A DNA stretch of 52,085 nucleotides from a virus (taxonomy: Duplodnaviria > Caudoviricetes), in the IMG/VR virus record IMGVR_UViG_3300014208_001045, positions 1-52,085 of that record, one strand, 5' to 3'. A program made the position numbers and the translations under genes. Below, in pieces: positions 1 to 8,535 of this stretch. Position 1 is the first letter of the stretch, and the number at the start of each line of letters is the position of its first letter. The notes beneath the pieces were generated by a model that had not been told where the DNA came from, made no database searches, and saw only the letters and a list, made by a program, of their open reading frames with translations.

Positions 1-1
1 G

Positions 2-163
2 ACATTGAGCCCGGCGCCGAGCAAGATTGAGTTTGTCAGTCGTCATAAATGCGTATTGGTTGGCATTGGCAAGGATCATACGGCGGAATTATATCTCGAC
101 GAAGAAGCCCTTGTGGCATTAAGGGAGATGAAGAAAAAGAAGAAAGTCCTGATATGCGAGTGA
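2..163 (+). CDS. Hypothetical protein, 3' end only (runs off window start)
   Basis: Frame 2 open from window start (TLSPAPSKIEFVSRHK...KKVLICE) to TGA at 161-163. Confidence 0.55.
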   Translation, partial: TLSPAPSKIEFVSRHKCVLVGIGKDHTAELYLDEEALVALREMKKKKKVLICE

Positions 164-197
164 TGTAGCGATTAAATTACAGTCTTTTTTTGTTTTT

Positions 198-206
198 TAT
201 ATAATA
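198..206 (+). promoter_or_regulatory. TATATAATA putative -10/phage promoter motif
   Basis: Same 9-mer at 198, 1693, 5588, 19944 and 46991, each about 15-35 nt upstream of a start codon. Confidence 0.45.
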
Positions 207-221
207 GAAAAAGGAATAGAT

Positions 222-653
222 ATGCAGAAATCACCGACAACAGATAAAACATTAGGTCTTTCTATAAATAGAGAAGTATCCTTTGCTGATGTTAGACAAA
301 GAGCGACAGAAGATTACCAGCAGAGAAAAAAAAGAAGAGATAAAAAGGACAAAAAAGACAAAAGAATAGATAATATTCCTATGTATAAGCCTGGAGATTT
401 AGTTGTTATTTCTACACAGGAGAGAAAAAACAAGCAATATGTTTTAGTTGAAGTATTTGATTTTGAGCAAAGGAATGAAAATAGATATTTTGGAATGTTT
501 GAATTTACTTATTTTGGTATTGTTAAAAAGACTACTTCTAAAGAATTAAATGAAAGAGTGGGTCGAGCAATTACTTTTCAAGAATCTCCCGGATATTTTT
601 CAAGATTTAAAAATGAAAAGTTTGATTCTACTAAAATTAAATGGTTAGAATAA
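222..653 (+). CDS. Hypothetical protein (AT-rich, Lys-rich)
   Basis: 143-aa ORF with AAGGA RBS upstream. Confidence 0.7.
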   Translation: MQKSPTTDKTLGLSINREVSFADVRQRATEDYQQRKKRRDKKDKKDKRIDNIPMYKPGDLVVISTQERKNKQYVLVEVFDFEQRNENRYFGMFEFTYFGIVKKTTSKELNERVGRAITFQESPGYFSRFKNEKFDSTKIKWLE

Positions 654-820
654 AAATGCCCCATAAGAATTATGGTAAAGAAAGATGTAAATATATGTGT
701 AAAGGATGGGCAATGCCTTATAGATGTAGTAGGCATGAAGTTAAAGATGGTTTTTGTAGACAACATCATCCAGATGCTGTAAAAGCAAGAAAAGAAAAGT
801 TTGATTCTACTAAAATTAAA
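615..820 (+). repeat. 27-bp perfect direct repeat GAAAAGTTTGATTCTACTAAAATTAAA at 615-641 and 794-820
   Basis: Read directly; gives two adjacent ORFs the same EKFDSTKIK near their C-termini. Confidence 0.95.
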
Positions 821-844
821 AGGAGTAAGCATGCTTGTAGCTAA
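641..844 (+). CDS. Small Cys/His-rich, putative Zn-binding protein (likely start ATG 656)
   Basis: C..C..C..FCRQHHP pattern; lies between the two direct repeats. Confidence 0.55.
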   Translation: MVRIKMPHKNYGKERCKYMCKGWAMPYRCSRHEVKDGFCRQHHPDAVKARKEKFDSTKIKRSKHACS

Positions 845-1298
845 AGACGTTGTAATTGGACTGGGAACTAAGATCTGGAATCCACAGCTTGTCAATATTT
901 ATGGTGACTGCATAATTGGTTCAGGTTGCAATATTGGCTCTTTTGTTGAAATCGGCCCGGGAGTAAAGATAGGAGATCGGGTCAGGATCGGCGCTTTTAC
1001 TTTCATACCCGAAGGGATAACCATAGAAGACGATGTTTTTATTGGCCCGGGTTGCGTCTTTACTAATGATAAATATCCTCCAAGTCATAAGAAGGATTGG
1101 CTGAAGACTTTAGTGAAAAAGAATGCTTCTATTGGAGCGGGTTGTGTTATTTGTCCCGGTGTTACTATAGGGGAGGGAGCAATGGTCGGAGCCGGGACTG
1201 CCGTCTCCAAAGATGTCCCTGCAGGATCATTGGTGGTCGGAGCTTCAATGAGATGGTTGGGTGTAGATAAGTGTTCAGATAAAACCAGGCAAGATTAA
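831..1298 (+). CDS. Left-handed beta-helix (hexapeptide) N-acetyltransferase, WbpD/WxcM-like
   Basis: Hexapeptide repeats (IGSGCNIG, VKIGDRVRIG, VFIGPGCVFTND, ASIGAG, VTIGEGAMVGAG); AGGAG RBS before ATG 831. Confidence 0.9.
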   Translation: MLVAKDVVIGLGTKIWNPQLVNIYGDCIIGSGCNIGSFVEIGPGVKIGDRVRIGAFTFIPEGITIEDDVFIGPGCVFTNDKYPPSHKKDWLKTLVKKNASIGAGCVICPGVTIGEGAMVGAGTAVSKDVPAGSLVVGASMRWLGVDKCSDKTRQD

Positions 1299-1657
1299 TG
1301 AAAAAGAAAATATCCGAATTTATGAAATCCGCTATTGATTATGTAATCGCGTCACAGCCCGCCCATAAACCTATTACTCCTTTAAAAAATCAAAGTCCCG
1401 AAGGCAAAGAAGTGGTTTGTCAAGAAGAGGGTATAATTTATACCGAAGTTATCCGTCATGTCTATTCAGGAAATAATTGTGTTTTTTCGGCTGGTTTTGT
1501 CGAAAATGCTCCGGCTAAAGAAGATACAATTTATCTTAAGATGATAAAGGATGGAGAGACCGCAACAATTATTCTTTTACGTCCAGACGAAGCGGCTATT
1601 GTTTCTTGGATTATGTCAGGAGCTTTATATTCTAAACTTGTTGTTGAGAATAGGTGA
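1298..1657 (+). CDS. Hypothetical protein
   Basis: 119-aa ORF translationally coupled to the previous gene (TAATG). Confidence 0.7.
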   Translation: MKKKISEFMKSAIDYVIASQPAHKPITPLKNQSPEGKEVVCQEEGIIYTEVIRHVYSGNNCVFSAGFVENAPAKEDTIYLKMIKDGETATIILLRPDEAAIVSWIMSGALYSKLVVENR

Positions 1658-1692
1658 TACGTCGATAAAATAACCAGATAAATTTTGTTTCT

Positions 1693-1701
1693 TATATAAT
1701 A
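1693..1701 (+). promoter_or_regulatory. TATATAATA putative promoter motif
   Basis: Intergenic copy upstream of the AGGAG RBS of the 1722 ORF. Confidence 0.45.
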
Positions 1702-1721
1702 TAGCGGACAGGAGAAAGTAA

Positions 1722-1937
1722 ATGAGTTGGGGAGAGAGAACTTGCAGACATTTTGGCCATTGTCAATATAACCCCACCATTCACACCTGTAATAGGCATT
1801 GTAAGGATTTCGAGCCTGACTTGACTAAACCTCCTTGTCAGGAATGCGGGGCGATGACTCCGGAAGAATCTGAAAGCAAATGTATTTGCGCCGGAGATAA
1901 AGACGATTGCCATGGCTGTCATTTATGGCCTGATTGA
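1722..1937 (+). CDS. Small Cys-rich protein (putative metal-binding)
   Basis: 10 Cys in 71 aa including CQEC and CHGC; AGGAG RBS. Confidence 0.7.
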   Translation: MSWGERTCRHFGHCQYNPTIHTCNRHCKDFEPDLTKPPCQECGAMTPEESESKCICAGDKDDCHGCHLWPD

Positions 1938-1949
1938 AAGGGAGAAACT

Positions 1950-2273
1950 ATGTCGCTTACTGTATATCTGGTTGAAGAGAGACTAACGGATATTTTTCGA
2001 TACAATATCACTCATAACTTAGGAGGAATGGCGGTCGAAGCTGGAATTTATAATCAACTCTGGCAACCGGAAACGATTGAGATCAAAAAAGCCTCCCAAT
2101 TAATTAAACCCCTTGAAGATGGGCTTAAGAGACTCAGGGAAAATCCTGCCAAGTTTATGAAGTTTGATACTCCTAACGGGTGGGGAGCTTATAAAGATCT
2201 TGTATCCTTTGTGGAGAAGTATCTTGAAGCCTGCAGGAGTAATCCAAGCGCTAAAATTGAAACACATAGATAA
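1950..2273 (+). CDS. Phage hypothetical protein (NITHNL...NGWG type)
   Basis: RBS GGGAG; NITHNL and PNGWG motifs recalled from phage hypothetical proteins. Confidence 0.75.
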   Translation: MSLTVYLVEERLTDIFRYNITHNLGGMAVEAGIYNQLWQPETIEIKKASQLIKPLEDGLKRLRENPAKFMKFDTPNGWGAYKDLVSFVEKYLEACRSNPSAKIETHR

Positions 2274-2476
2274 TGAAGGTCTATCAGATTGATATGGGTT
2301 ATGCGTGTTTTGGGATACTGGAGAATGAAGGCAGAGTGATTGCCGCCGCTCCCATTGCAAAGTGGACAATTGGCAAAGAGATTGATTATGTCATATCTTA
2401 CTACCGCAAAAAGAGATCTTTAATAATAGGGACGAAGGAGAGCGATCATGGAATTGACAAGACAGGAGGCATATGA
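2273..2476 (+). CDS. Hypothetical protein
   Basis: Coupled ORF (TAATG). Confidence 0.6.
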   Translation: MKVYQIDMGYACFGILENEGRVIAAAPIAKWTIGKEIDYVISYYRKKRSLIIGTKESDHGIDKTGGI

Positions 2477-2861
2477 TATTTGTGTTCGTTGGTGGTTGTG
2501 GCTTTCGAAGGCGAAGTCCCCGAAAGCAGATAAGGAGGATTGGCCGGAACTTGAAATAAATGGTGGTAATTTACCGCGCTTTGAATTTAATTGTGCCGCC
2601 TGCGAATATCTTAAACAGCAAGGAATTCTTGTTGGCTATGATGATACTTATGCCTTTTGTGCTGGTAAATGTATTATTGAGTGGCCAGGAGGAGCTGGCT
2701 GTTGTTTTACGAAGAATTTCAAACCTGAAATTTATATGCTTTGGGAGACATTGGCAAAATCTCCTAAGGCTTGGAATTGGCAAAGCCAACGAAGAAAATT
2801 GGCTAAACAGATTGCAGGTCTCCCAATGAGAAACATACATAATTTAAAGGGGTTTTTATGA
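2448..2861 (+). CDS. Hypothetical Cys/Trp-rich protein
   Basis: AAGGAG RBS; CAAC and CAGKC motifs; ATGA overlap with the next gene. Confidence 0.7.
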   Translation: MELTRQEAYDICVRWWLWLSKAKSPKADKEDWPELEINGGNLPRFEFNCAACEYLKQQGILVGYDDTYAFCAGKCIIEWPGGAGCCFTKNFKPEIYMLWETLAKSPKAWNWQSQRRKLAKQIAGLPMRNIHNLKGFL

Positions 2862-3580
2862 ATTTTAAAAGGATTGCTATAGAGGCGGTGGATATTCCAG
2901 ATGCTTGGTTTCAATGCGTAGATTCGGTTTTAGAAAATGGTAACAAATATATTGTTCAGCAAGGATCTTATGTCGGCCAGACCCGTTTGGAATTTGACTG
3001 GATAACCATCTTGATTAAAAAACCGTATCGGGAGCCTTACGATCTTATGTTGCCGGAGATACCTGCTCACCTTGGAATTCCTAACCCGGTGGCGAAGGGT
3101 TATATCGAACAATATCTCCCATATCTTATGACTGAAGTTGTAGATGAAAAAGAGCAATATACTTATGGGAGCAGAATAGGTAAAGTTGATACAGGAATGC
3201 GGACTCTTAAAAAGGGACATTGGTTTAATATAAATATCAGTCAGAGAGAATGTTTTATCAAATTATTAAGAGAGACCCCGAATACCAACCAGGCTGTTTT
3301 GAGAATTTGTCAACCTTCTGACTGTCTCTTGGGAGATCCTCCATGTCTCTGTCTTATTGACATGAGAATAAAAGAGGGAGAACTTATTTTTTATCCGTAT
3401 TTTCGTTCATGGGATTTGTGGGGTGGATTCCCGGCGAATCTTGCCGCGATAGCAGTTTTACAAAAGTATATGGCTGATGAGATAGGAGTGGCGCCGGGCC
3501 CAATTTGCGCTTCTTCAAAAGGATTACATATTTATGGTTATGTGGAGAGTTTGGCGAAATTAAGAACAGGGAGATTATAG
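2858..3580 (+). CDS. thyA: Thymidylate synthase family protein (short archaeal-like ThyA; dUMP-specific Asn retained)
   Basis: YTYGSR, PPCL catalytic Cys, RSWDLWGGFPAN (compare RSCD..GLPFN) and LHIY motifs. Confidence 0.85.
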   Translation: MNFKRIAIEAVDIPDAWFQCVDSVLENGNKYIVQQGSYVGQTRLEFDWITILIKKPYREPYDLMLPEIPAHLGIPNPVAKGYIEQYLPYLMTEVVDEKEQYTYGSRIGKVDTGMRTLKKGHWFNINISQRECFIKLLRETPNTNQAVLRICQPSDCLLGDPPCLCLIDMRIKEGELIFYPYFRSWDLWGGFPANLAAIAVLQKYMADEIGVAPGPICASSKGLHIYGYVESLAKLRTGRL

Positions 3581-3582
3581 TC

Positions 3583-4098
3583 ATGTTGATAGGGATAACG
3601 GGCAAGTTACAGGCGGGTAAGACAACTGTGGCAGGTTTTATAAAAGAGAAACATCCTTTTGCGGTTTTACTGGCTTTCAGTGATTTATTAAAGGAGATGA
3701 TTTTCAAAGCTGGTCTTTGTACAAGAGAAGAATTATGGGAAAAGAAGACTGATTTCTCCCGTTTGATGATGCAGAAGATCGGTACAGAGATCGTAAGAGA
3801 TCAAATTGACCAGGACTTTTGGGTAAAAAAGATGGATGAGTTAGTTGGTTCCCACAAAGGGGGACTGATTATAATCCATGATGTTAGATTTTTGAATGAG
3901 GCTAATTTTATTTCAAATAGAGGAGGAGTTATAATTCGCGTTATCAGACCTTCTATGATCTCGACCAGTGTTCATAGAAGCGAGACGGAAATGAGCAGGA
4001 TCAAAGAAAAGATTGTTGTTTTCAATGATGGAGATTTGGAAAGTTTGAATGATAAGATAGAGCGGCAAGATTTTATTGAAATCTTGAAAGGAGAATAA
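3583..4098 (+). CDS. Deoxynucleoside monophosphate kinase (T4 gp1-like)
   Basis: IGITGKLQAGKTT P-loop, AFSDLLKE, RLMMQKIGTE, DVRFLNE, HRSE; GGGAG RBS before ATG 3583. Confidence 0.88.
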   Translation: MLIGITGKLQAGKTTVAGFIKEKHPFAVLLAFSDLLKEMIFKAGLCTREELWEKKTDFSRLMMQKIGTEIVRDQIDQDFWVKKMDELVGSHKGGLIIIHDVRFLNEANFISNRGGVIIRVIRPSMISTSVHRSETEMSRIKEKIVVFNDGDLESLNDKIERQDFIEILKGE

Positions 4099-4101
4099 AC
4101 T

Positions 4102-5193
4102 TTGATACCATTAACAAAACCGTATTATGATGATCGGGAACTACAGGAGATTTCCAAGGTCGCGGCATCTGGCTGGTTGGCTCAGGGGCCGAAATGTGAG
4201 GAGTTTGAAAAGGAGATCGAAAAGATCCTTAAGGTCAAACACGCCATTGCTCTTTCTTCTTGTACTGCCGCCCTTTATTTGTCTTTGAGGGCTTTGGGTA
4301 TTGGTGAAGGAGATGAAGTGATTGTTCCTTCTTTTACTTTCCCGGCAACGGCTTTGTCTATTTTACAGGTAGGGGCGATTCCTGTTTTTGTTGATGTTGG
4401 CAGAGATTATAATATTGTTTCGGATCAAATTACGGAGGCGATTACGGATAAGACCAAAGCGATAATGCCCGTTCATCAATTTGGCAGACCTTGCGAAATG
4501 GTTTTGATAATGGAGATCGCAAACTATTATAATCTGAAAGTGATAGAGGATGCCGCCTGTGCTTTGGGAGCGTCTATTTTTAATCGCAAGGTAGGGACTT
4601 TTGGAGATATTGGTTGTTTCTCTTTACATGCTCGTAAAATCATAACGACAGGAGAGGGAGGGATTGTTATAACAGACGATGACGACCTGGCCAGAATAAT
4701 CAGGAGAGAATCTTGCTTTGGAGTTGAAAGGGCATTTAAGAGAATAAAGCCTCCGCTCTTCACAAACATGGGTTTTAATTTTAAGATGTCTGATATCCAA
4801 GCGGCTATTGGTTTGGTTCAGTTATCCAAACTTGATGAGATAATAGGTTTAAGAAAACAGGAGAAACGGCGCTGGGATGCAATTATTAAGGGAGACTCTT
4901 TTTTAAATAGAGTCCTTTGGCCGCAAGAAGAAACCCCTTCTTATATGAATCCTGTTTATCAATCATATGTCAGGAGTATTTGTTCTTCGTCTCAGAGAGC
5001 AAGGGTAGTTGGATATTTTCTTGACAAGGGTTTTGAAACCGGGGTCGGGACTTTTGCCTGCCATCTTCAACCGGTATTCTGTGGGAGAAGTAGAATTGTT
5101 GGCGGTTGTAATTTGTCATGGCTTTGGTCTGAACAGACAATATCACTTCCAATATTTCCAGGACTTAATCTTTTGCAACAGTGGAGGAAATAA
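4102..5193 (+). CDS. DegT/DnrJ/EryC1/StrS PLP-dependent sugar aminotransferase
   Basis: SSCTAAL, IGEGDEVIVPSFTFPAT, IEDAACALG, SLHARKIITTGEGG (PLP Lys), GFNFKMSDIQAAIG; TTG start after AAGGAG. Confidence 0.95.
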   Translation: MIPLTKPYYDDRELQEISKVAASGWLAQGPKCEEFEKEIEKILKVKHAIALSSCTAALYLSLRALGIGEGDEVIVPSFTFPATALSILQVGAIPVFVDVGRDYNIVSDQITEAITDKTKAIMPVHQFGRPCEMVLIMEIANYYNLKVIEDAACALGASIFNRKVGTFGDIGCFSLHARKIITTGEGGIVITDDDDLARIIRRESCFGVERAFKRIKPPLFTNMGFNFKMSDIQAAIGLVQLSKLDEIIGLRKQEKRRWDAIIKGDSFLNRVLWPQEETPSYMNPVYQSYVRSICSSSQRARVVGYFLDKGFETGVGTFACHLQPVFCGRSRIVGGCNLSWLWSEQTISLPIFPGLNLLQQWRK

Positions 5194-5211
5194 TAATTTT
5201 ATAAAAGAGTA

Positions 5212-5283
5212 TGAGCGGTTAATGAGGATTGCCCGCTCAGAAACAAGTGTGGGAGCAGGTAGGTAGAATCCTGCCCCACACTT
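5212..5283 (+). promoter_or_regulatory. Tandem RNA hairpins (possible terminator, processing or regulatory element)
   Basis: TGAGCGG 5212-18 / CCGCTCA 5233-39; AAGTGTGGG-A-GCAGG 5245-59 / CCTGC-CCCACACTT 5270-83. Confidence 0.55.
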
Positions 5284-5309
5284 TAACTTTAATCGGGGGG
5301 AGAATAAAA

Positions 5310-5564
5310 ATGAAGCACGAAACAGAAGCCAGCTTGTCTGGCAAATTGTATTTTTCGAAGAAGCAATATGGCAAGGCAAGAGAACTTGGTAATGACAGGA
5401 CTTTTGCCAAACTTACTAACGGACGGATGGTTGAGTATACCGAGCTTATTACTTTTGAACAGCTTATGGAAGACCCCGCTACGCTTCCCTTAGATCTTGA
5501 TGCAACTTTCCTTGGAGAAGGATCTTTCCACCACTTTACTGATGAGCAGGGCAGAGTATATTAA
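5310..5564 (+). CDS. Hypothetical protein
   Basis: GGGAG RBS before ATG 5310 (in frame with track ORF 5229..5564). Confidence 0.65.
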   Translation: MKHETEASLSGKLYFSKKQYGKARELGNDRTFAKLTNGRMVEYTELITFEQLMEDPATLPLDLDATFLGEGSFHHFTDEQGRVY

Positions 5565-5587
5565 TTTGTTCATCATTTTTAAATTCG

Positions 5588-5596
5588 TATATAATA
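5588..5596 (+). promoter_or_regulatory. TATATAATA putative promoter motif
   Basis: Intergenic, upstream of the GAGGAG RBS of the 5621 ORF; weak TTGTTC -35 candidate upstream. Confidence 0.45.
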
Positions 5597-5620
5597 TAAT
5601 CAGATAACAAAGATGAGGAG

Positions 5621-5863
5621 ATGATTATGAAGCCGATTCCCTTTAAGGAGCAGAATGTGACCTACGGCGAAGGACAACCGGAATATTACCCTTTACCTGT
5701 TCATAAAAAAGAAGACGGTCAGGTAACAAGTTGTTGGAAGTTATCTTGGCCGGAGAGGATTAAGATCTTTTTTACGGGGAGGCTTTATTTGTCATGTTTA
5801 ACTTTTAATAAACGATTGCAACCGGTAAGTCTATCTTTAAATAAAGGAGATTTTGTCGAATGA
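5621..5863 (+). CDS. Phage hypothetical protein
   Basis: GAGGAG RBS; QPEYYPLP...SCWKLSWPERIKIFFTGRLYL motif recalled from phage hypothetical proteins. Confidence 0.75.
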   Translation: MIMKPIPFKEQNVTYGEGQPEYYPLPVHKKEDGQVTSCWKLSWPERIKIFFTGRLYLSCLTFNKRLQPVSLSLNKGDFVE

Positions 5864-6795
5864 GTAAGAAAAGAATTCTTGTGATTGGCGGAGCCGGTTT
5901 TATAGGGAGCCATCTGGTTGATGCTCTTATTGAAGAAGAAAACCGGGTTATAGTGATTGATAATTTGTTTTTAGGGCAGAGACAAAATGTTAATCGCTCG
6001 GCAGTCTTTATTGAATTAGATCCAATTTATGAAAAGGAGAGACTTCGGTTTATATTGACTCATGATAAGATTGATCTTGTTTATAATCTGGCCGTTCTCC
6101 CTTTACCTCATTCTTTGGAATATCCTTTCAAGAATATTTCCGACAATATTTTGTTGGTTCAGATCCTTTGTGAAGAACTCCGGTGTGGTTTTTATAAAAG
6201 ATTGATTCATTTTTCATCTTCCGAAGTTTATGGATCTGCTCAGTATTCTCCCATGTGCGAGAGCCATCCAATAGAGCCTTCGACTCCTTATGCCGCAAGT
6301 AAAGCCGCAGGAGATATGATTTGCCTTTCTTATTGGAAGACTTTCGGATGTAATATTTCAATTGTCCGTCCGTTTAATAATTATGGGCCGAGACAAAATG
6401 CCGCAGGTTATGCGGGGGTGATCCCTTTGACTATTAATAGAATCCTTGATGGATTACCTCCTATAATATATGGAGACGGTAAACAGACGAGAGATTATAT
6501 TCACGTTTGTGATACTGCCCGCGCGGCTGTTTTATTAGGAGAGCAGGATTTACCAGGAGAAGTGATTAATGTTGCGTCAGGGCATGATATCAGTATTGCT
6601 TGGCTGGTGGAGAAGATTGTGGTTTTGATGAAGGGATCTCATTCGATTATTTTTGCCCCGGAAAGACCTGGTGATGTTAGAAGACATATCGCAAATACAT
6701 TAAAGGCAAAAGATCTTCTGGATTTTGAACATGTGATAGGAATGGAAGCAGGATTACGGGAGACTATTGACTGGTTTAAAATGAAAAGAGGCTAA
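5860..6795 (+). CDS. NAD-dependent NDP-sugar epimerase/dehydratase (extended SDR)
   Basis: GGAGFIG Rossmann motif, SSSEVYG, catalytic YAASK, RPFNNYGPRQ, GDGKQTRDYIHV. Confidence 0.95.
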   Translation: MSKKRILVIGGAGFIGSHLVDALIEEENRVIVIDNLFLGQRQNVNRSAVFIELDPIYEKERLRFILTHDKIDLVYNLAVLPLPHSLEYPFKNISDNILLVQILCEELRCGFYKRLIHFSSSEVYGSAQYSPMCESHPIEPSTPYAASKAAGDMICLSYWKTFGCNISIVRPFNNYGPRQNAAGYAGVIPLTINRILDGLPPIIYGDGKQTRDYIHVCDTARAAVLLGEQDLPGEVINVASGHDISIAWLVEKIVVLMKGSHSIIFAPERPGDVRRHIANTLKAKDLLDFEHVIGMEAGLRETIDWFKMKRG

Positions 6796-6796
6796 A

Positions 6797-7177
6797 ATGA
6801 GCGTGCTATTCCCACACCCCTGTTGCAGATGCGGATTTTGTTGTTTGACCGAACAATGTATTTCTTCGATAATGGTTTTTGGCAGAGTGCCTGGTATCTG
6901 TTCTGCCTTGTCTTGGCAGGGAGAAGAATCTAAGTGTGGTCTCCCCTTGCTTGTTAATTTCGGAGACGGATGTTGTCTATTGGCACGTTGTTATGTTGGT
7001 GATGTATGTTATGATTTTGCGGCTTTGCCGGGAGAAGTAAAAATCAAAGTGGCCCAAAGGCTAAAAAAGGAGAAAAAAAATGAGCTATGCAAGAGACAAA
7101 AGAAAGAAGTTGATCAAAAAACTCAGCAAGAAGGGCAAAGATTTGTCTGCTTACAGATCCAAAGCAAAACAAATTAG
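6797..7177 (+). CDS. Cys-rich protein (CxxCGxCC, YkgJ/Zn-Fe-chelating-like)
   Basis: CCRCGFCC plus further Cys; the C-terminal ~30 aa probably result from readthrough over the next gene. Confidence 0.6.
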   Translation: MSVLFPHPCCRCGFCCLTEQCISSIMVFGRVPGICSALSWQGEESKCGLPLLVNFGDGCCLLARCYVGDVCYDFAALPGEVKIKVAQRLKKEKKNELCKRQKKEVDQKTQQEGQRFVCLQIQSKTN

Positions 7178-7205
7178 ACAGGAGAAGCTTTTGAGAAAGG
7201 AGTAA
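7080..7205 (+). CDS. Small highly basic protein (41 aa), not in the ORF track
   Basis: AAGGAG RBS then ATG 7080: MSYARDKRKKLIKKLSKKGKDLSAYRSKAKQIRQEKLLRKE; stop 7 nt before the next start. Confidence 0.55.
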   Translation: MSYARDKRKKLIKKLSKKGKDLSAYRSKAKQIRQEKLLRKE

Positions 7206-7211
7206 AGGCTT

Positions 7212-8312
7212 ATGAGAATTGTAATGTTGAATTCATTATTGACTGATCAGTATAAGGAATATGTGGGGAGACAAGATCATGCTCTTTTTTCTTCCTCTTT
7301 GTTGTTTTGTAATTTTATCATATCTTTAATGCCGGTGCCGGAGATTATCCCTTTTTATTTTATGGTTATGGACGATAAAGATCGGATCTGCGGAGTGCTC
7401 CCTTCTTTTGTATGCAAGGGTAAATATGGGTCGGTCTTAAATAGCATGCCTTGGTATGGGTCTAACCCGGGAGTACTCTCCGACAATCATGGTGTTTTTT
7501 ATTTGCTTCTGGACGCTTTTAATAAGACGGCTGAATGGCTGGGTTGTGCTTCTTCGACTATTGTAACCAGACCGTTTGAGCCCATGTCTGATTATTTCTC
7601 TTATTATTCCCGTAATCGTTCAGATCGGCGGCTTATTATTAATTCGAGAACGGGCATGATGACTCCTTTGCCGGAGTATAGCAAAAATCTTGAATCAGAT
7701 CTTTTTAATCTTTTCGATTCAAAGACAAGAAATCAGATCAGAAAAGGATATAAGGAGACGGAGATATTTTCCTGTGATTATATGACTGATATACAAAGGA
7801 ATTCTGTCATAGAATGGACAAGATTAAAACACCAGGAAAACATGATAAGGCTGGGGGCTCCTTCGAAAGATAAGGAGTTTGATCTTTTTAAGACATGGGA
7901 TTTTGGCAAAGATATAAATATTTTTGTCGCCGCTACTCCGGAAGATTCAAAACCACAGGCCGCTTTACTCCTCAAATACTTTAACAAGACTGTTGACTAT
8001 TGTATCCCGGTGATTGATGTCGAATATAGACATTCTTGTGCTATGAATGCTTGCATAATGACGGCAATGAAAGATGCTACTGAGAAAGGTTATCGCTGGT
8101 GGAACTGGGGAGGGACAAATAAAGAGACAATGCCTGGAGTATATCATTTCAAGAAGAATTTCGGGGGAGTTGAATGTCAATATAATTATTTTACTACTCT
8201 TTATGATGACAATCTTTTGGATATTCCCAAAGAAGAGTTGTGGGCGGAATATCCGTTTTTCTTTGTACTCCCTTATGATCTTTTGAATGATCGTGTGAAA
8301 ACAAGGGGGTAG
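7212..8312 (+). CDS. FemAB-like / GNAT-fold acyltransferase (possibly aminoacyl-transferring)
   Basis: SMPWYGS, KTRNQIRKG and C-terminal WWNWGGT...GVYHFKKNFGG motifs typical of FemAB-related GNAT proteins of polysaccharide loci. Confidence 0.8.
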   Translation: MRIVMLNSLLTDQYKEYVGRQDHALFSSSLLFCNFIISLMPVPEIIPFYFMVMDDKDRICGVLPSFVCKGKYGSVLNSMPWYGSNPGVLSDNHGVFYLLLDAFNKTAEWLGCASSTIVTRPFEPMSDYFSYYSRNRSDRRLIINSRTGMMTPLPEYSKNLESDLFNLFDSKTRNQIRKGYKETEIFSCDYMTDIQRNSVIEWTRLKHQENMIRLGAPSKDKEFDLFKTWDFGKDINIFVAATPEDSKPQAALLLKYFNKTVDYCIPVIDVEYRHSCAMNACIMTAMKDATEKGYRWWNWGGTNKETMPGVYHFKKNFGGVECQYNYFTTLYDDNLLDIPKEELWAEYPFFFVLPYDLLNDRVKTRG

Positions 8313-8315
8313 ATA

Positions 8316-8507
8316 ATGCAAGGATCTGCAATCTTCAGCCCATGTCGGGAGTATAGATATAGTTTGTGGCGCAAGTGGGGTGGATTATTTGCCCCTGACT
8401 ACAAGGGATATGTGATGTTTATCGGGCTTAATCCAAGCACTGCGGATGAGAACAGAGATGATCCGACTATTCGTCGTTGTATTGCCTTTACAAAAGCGTG
8501 GGGTTAA
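8316..8507 (+). pseudogene. Truncated DUF1643-like gene (N-terminal 63 aa only)
   Basis: YRYSLWRKW...[10 protein letters not shown]...DDPTIRRC...AWG is the recognisable N-terminal part of the family; it stops right after AWG. Confidence 0.7.
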
Positions 8508-8535
8508 ATGATCATATTAAAAGAAAGGAGATAAG

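Noticed and set aside
5205-5245. Second hammerhead at ATGAGCGG...CCGCTCAGAAAC
   Set aside because: No CUGANGA-type core and no stem I/III arrangement.
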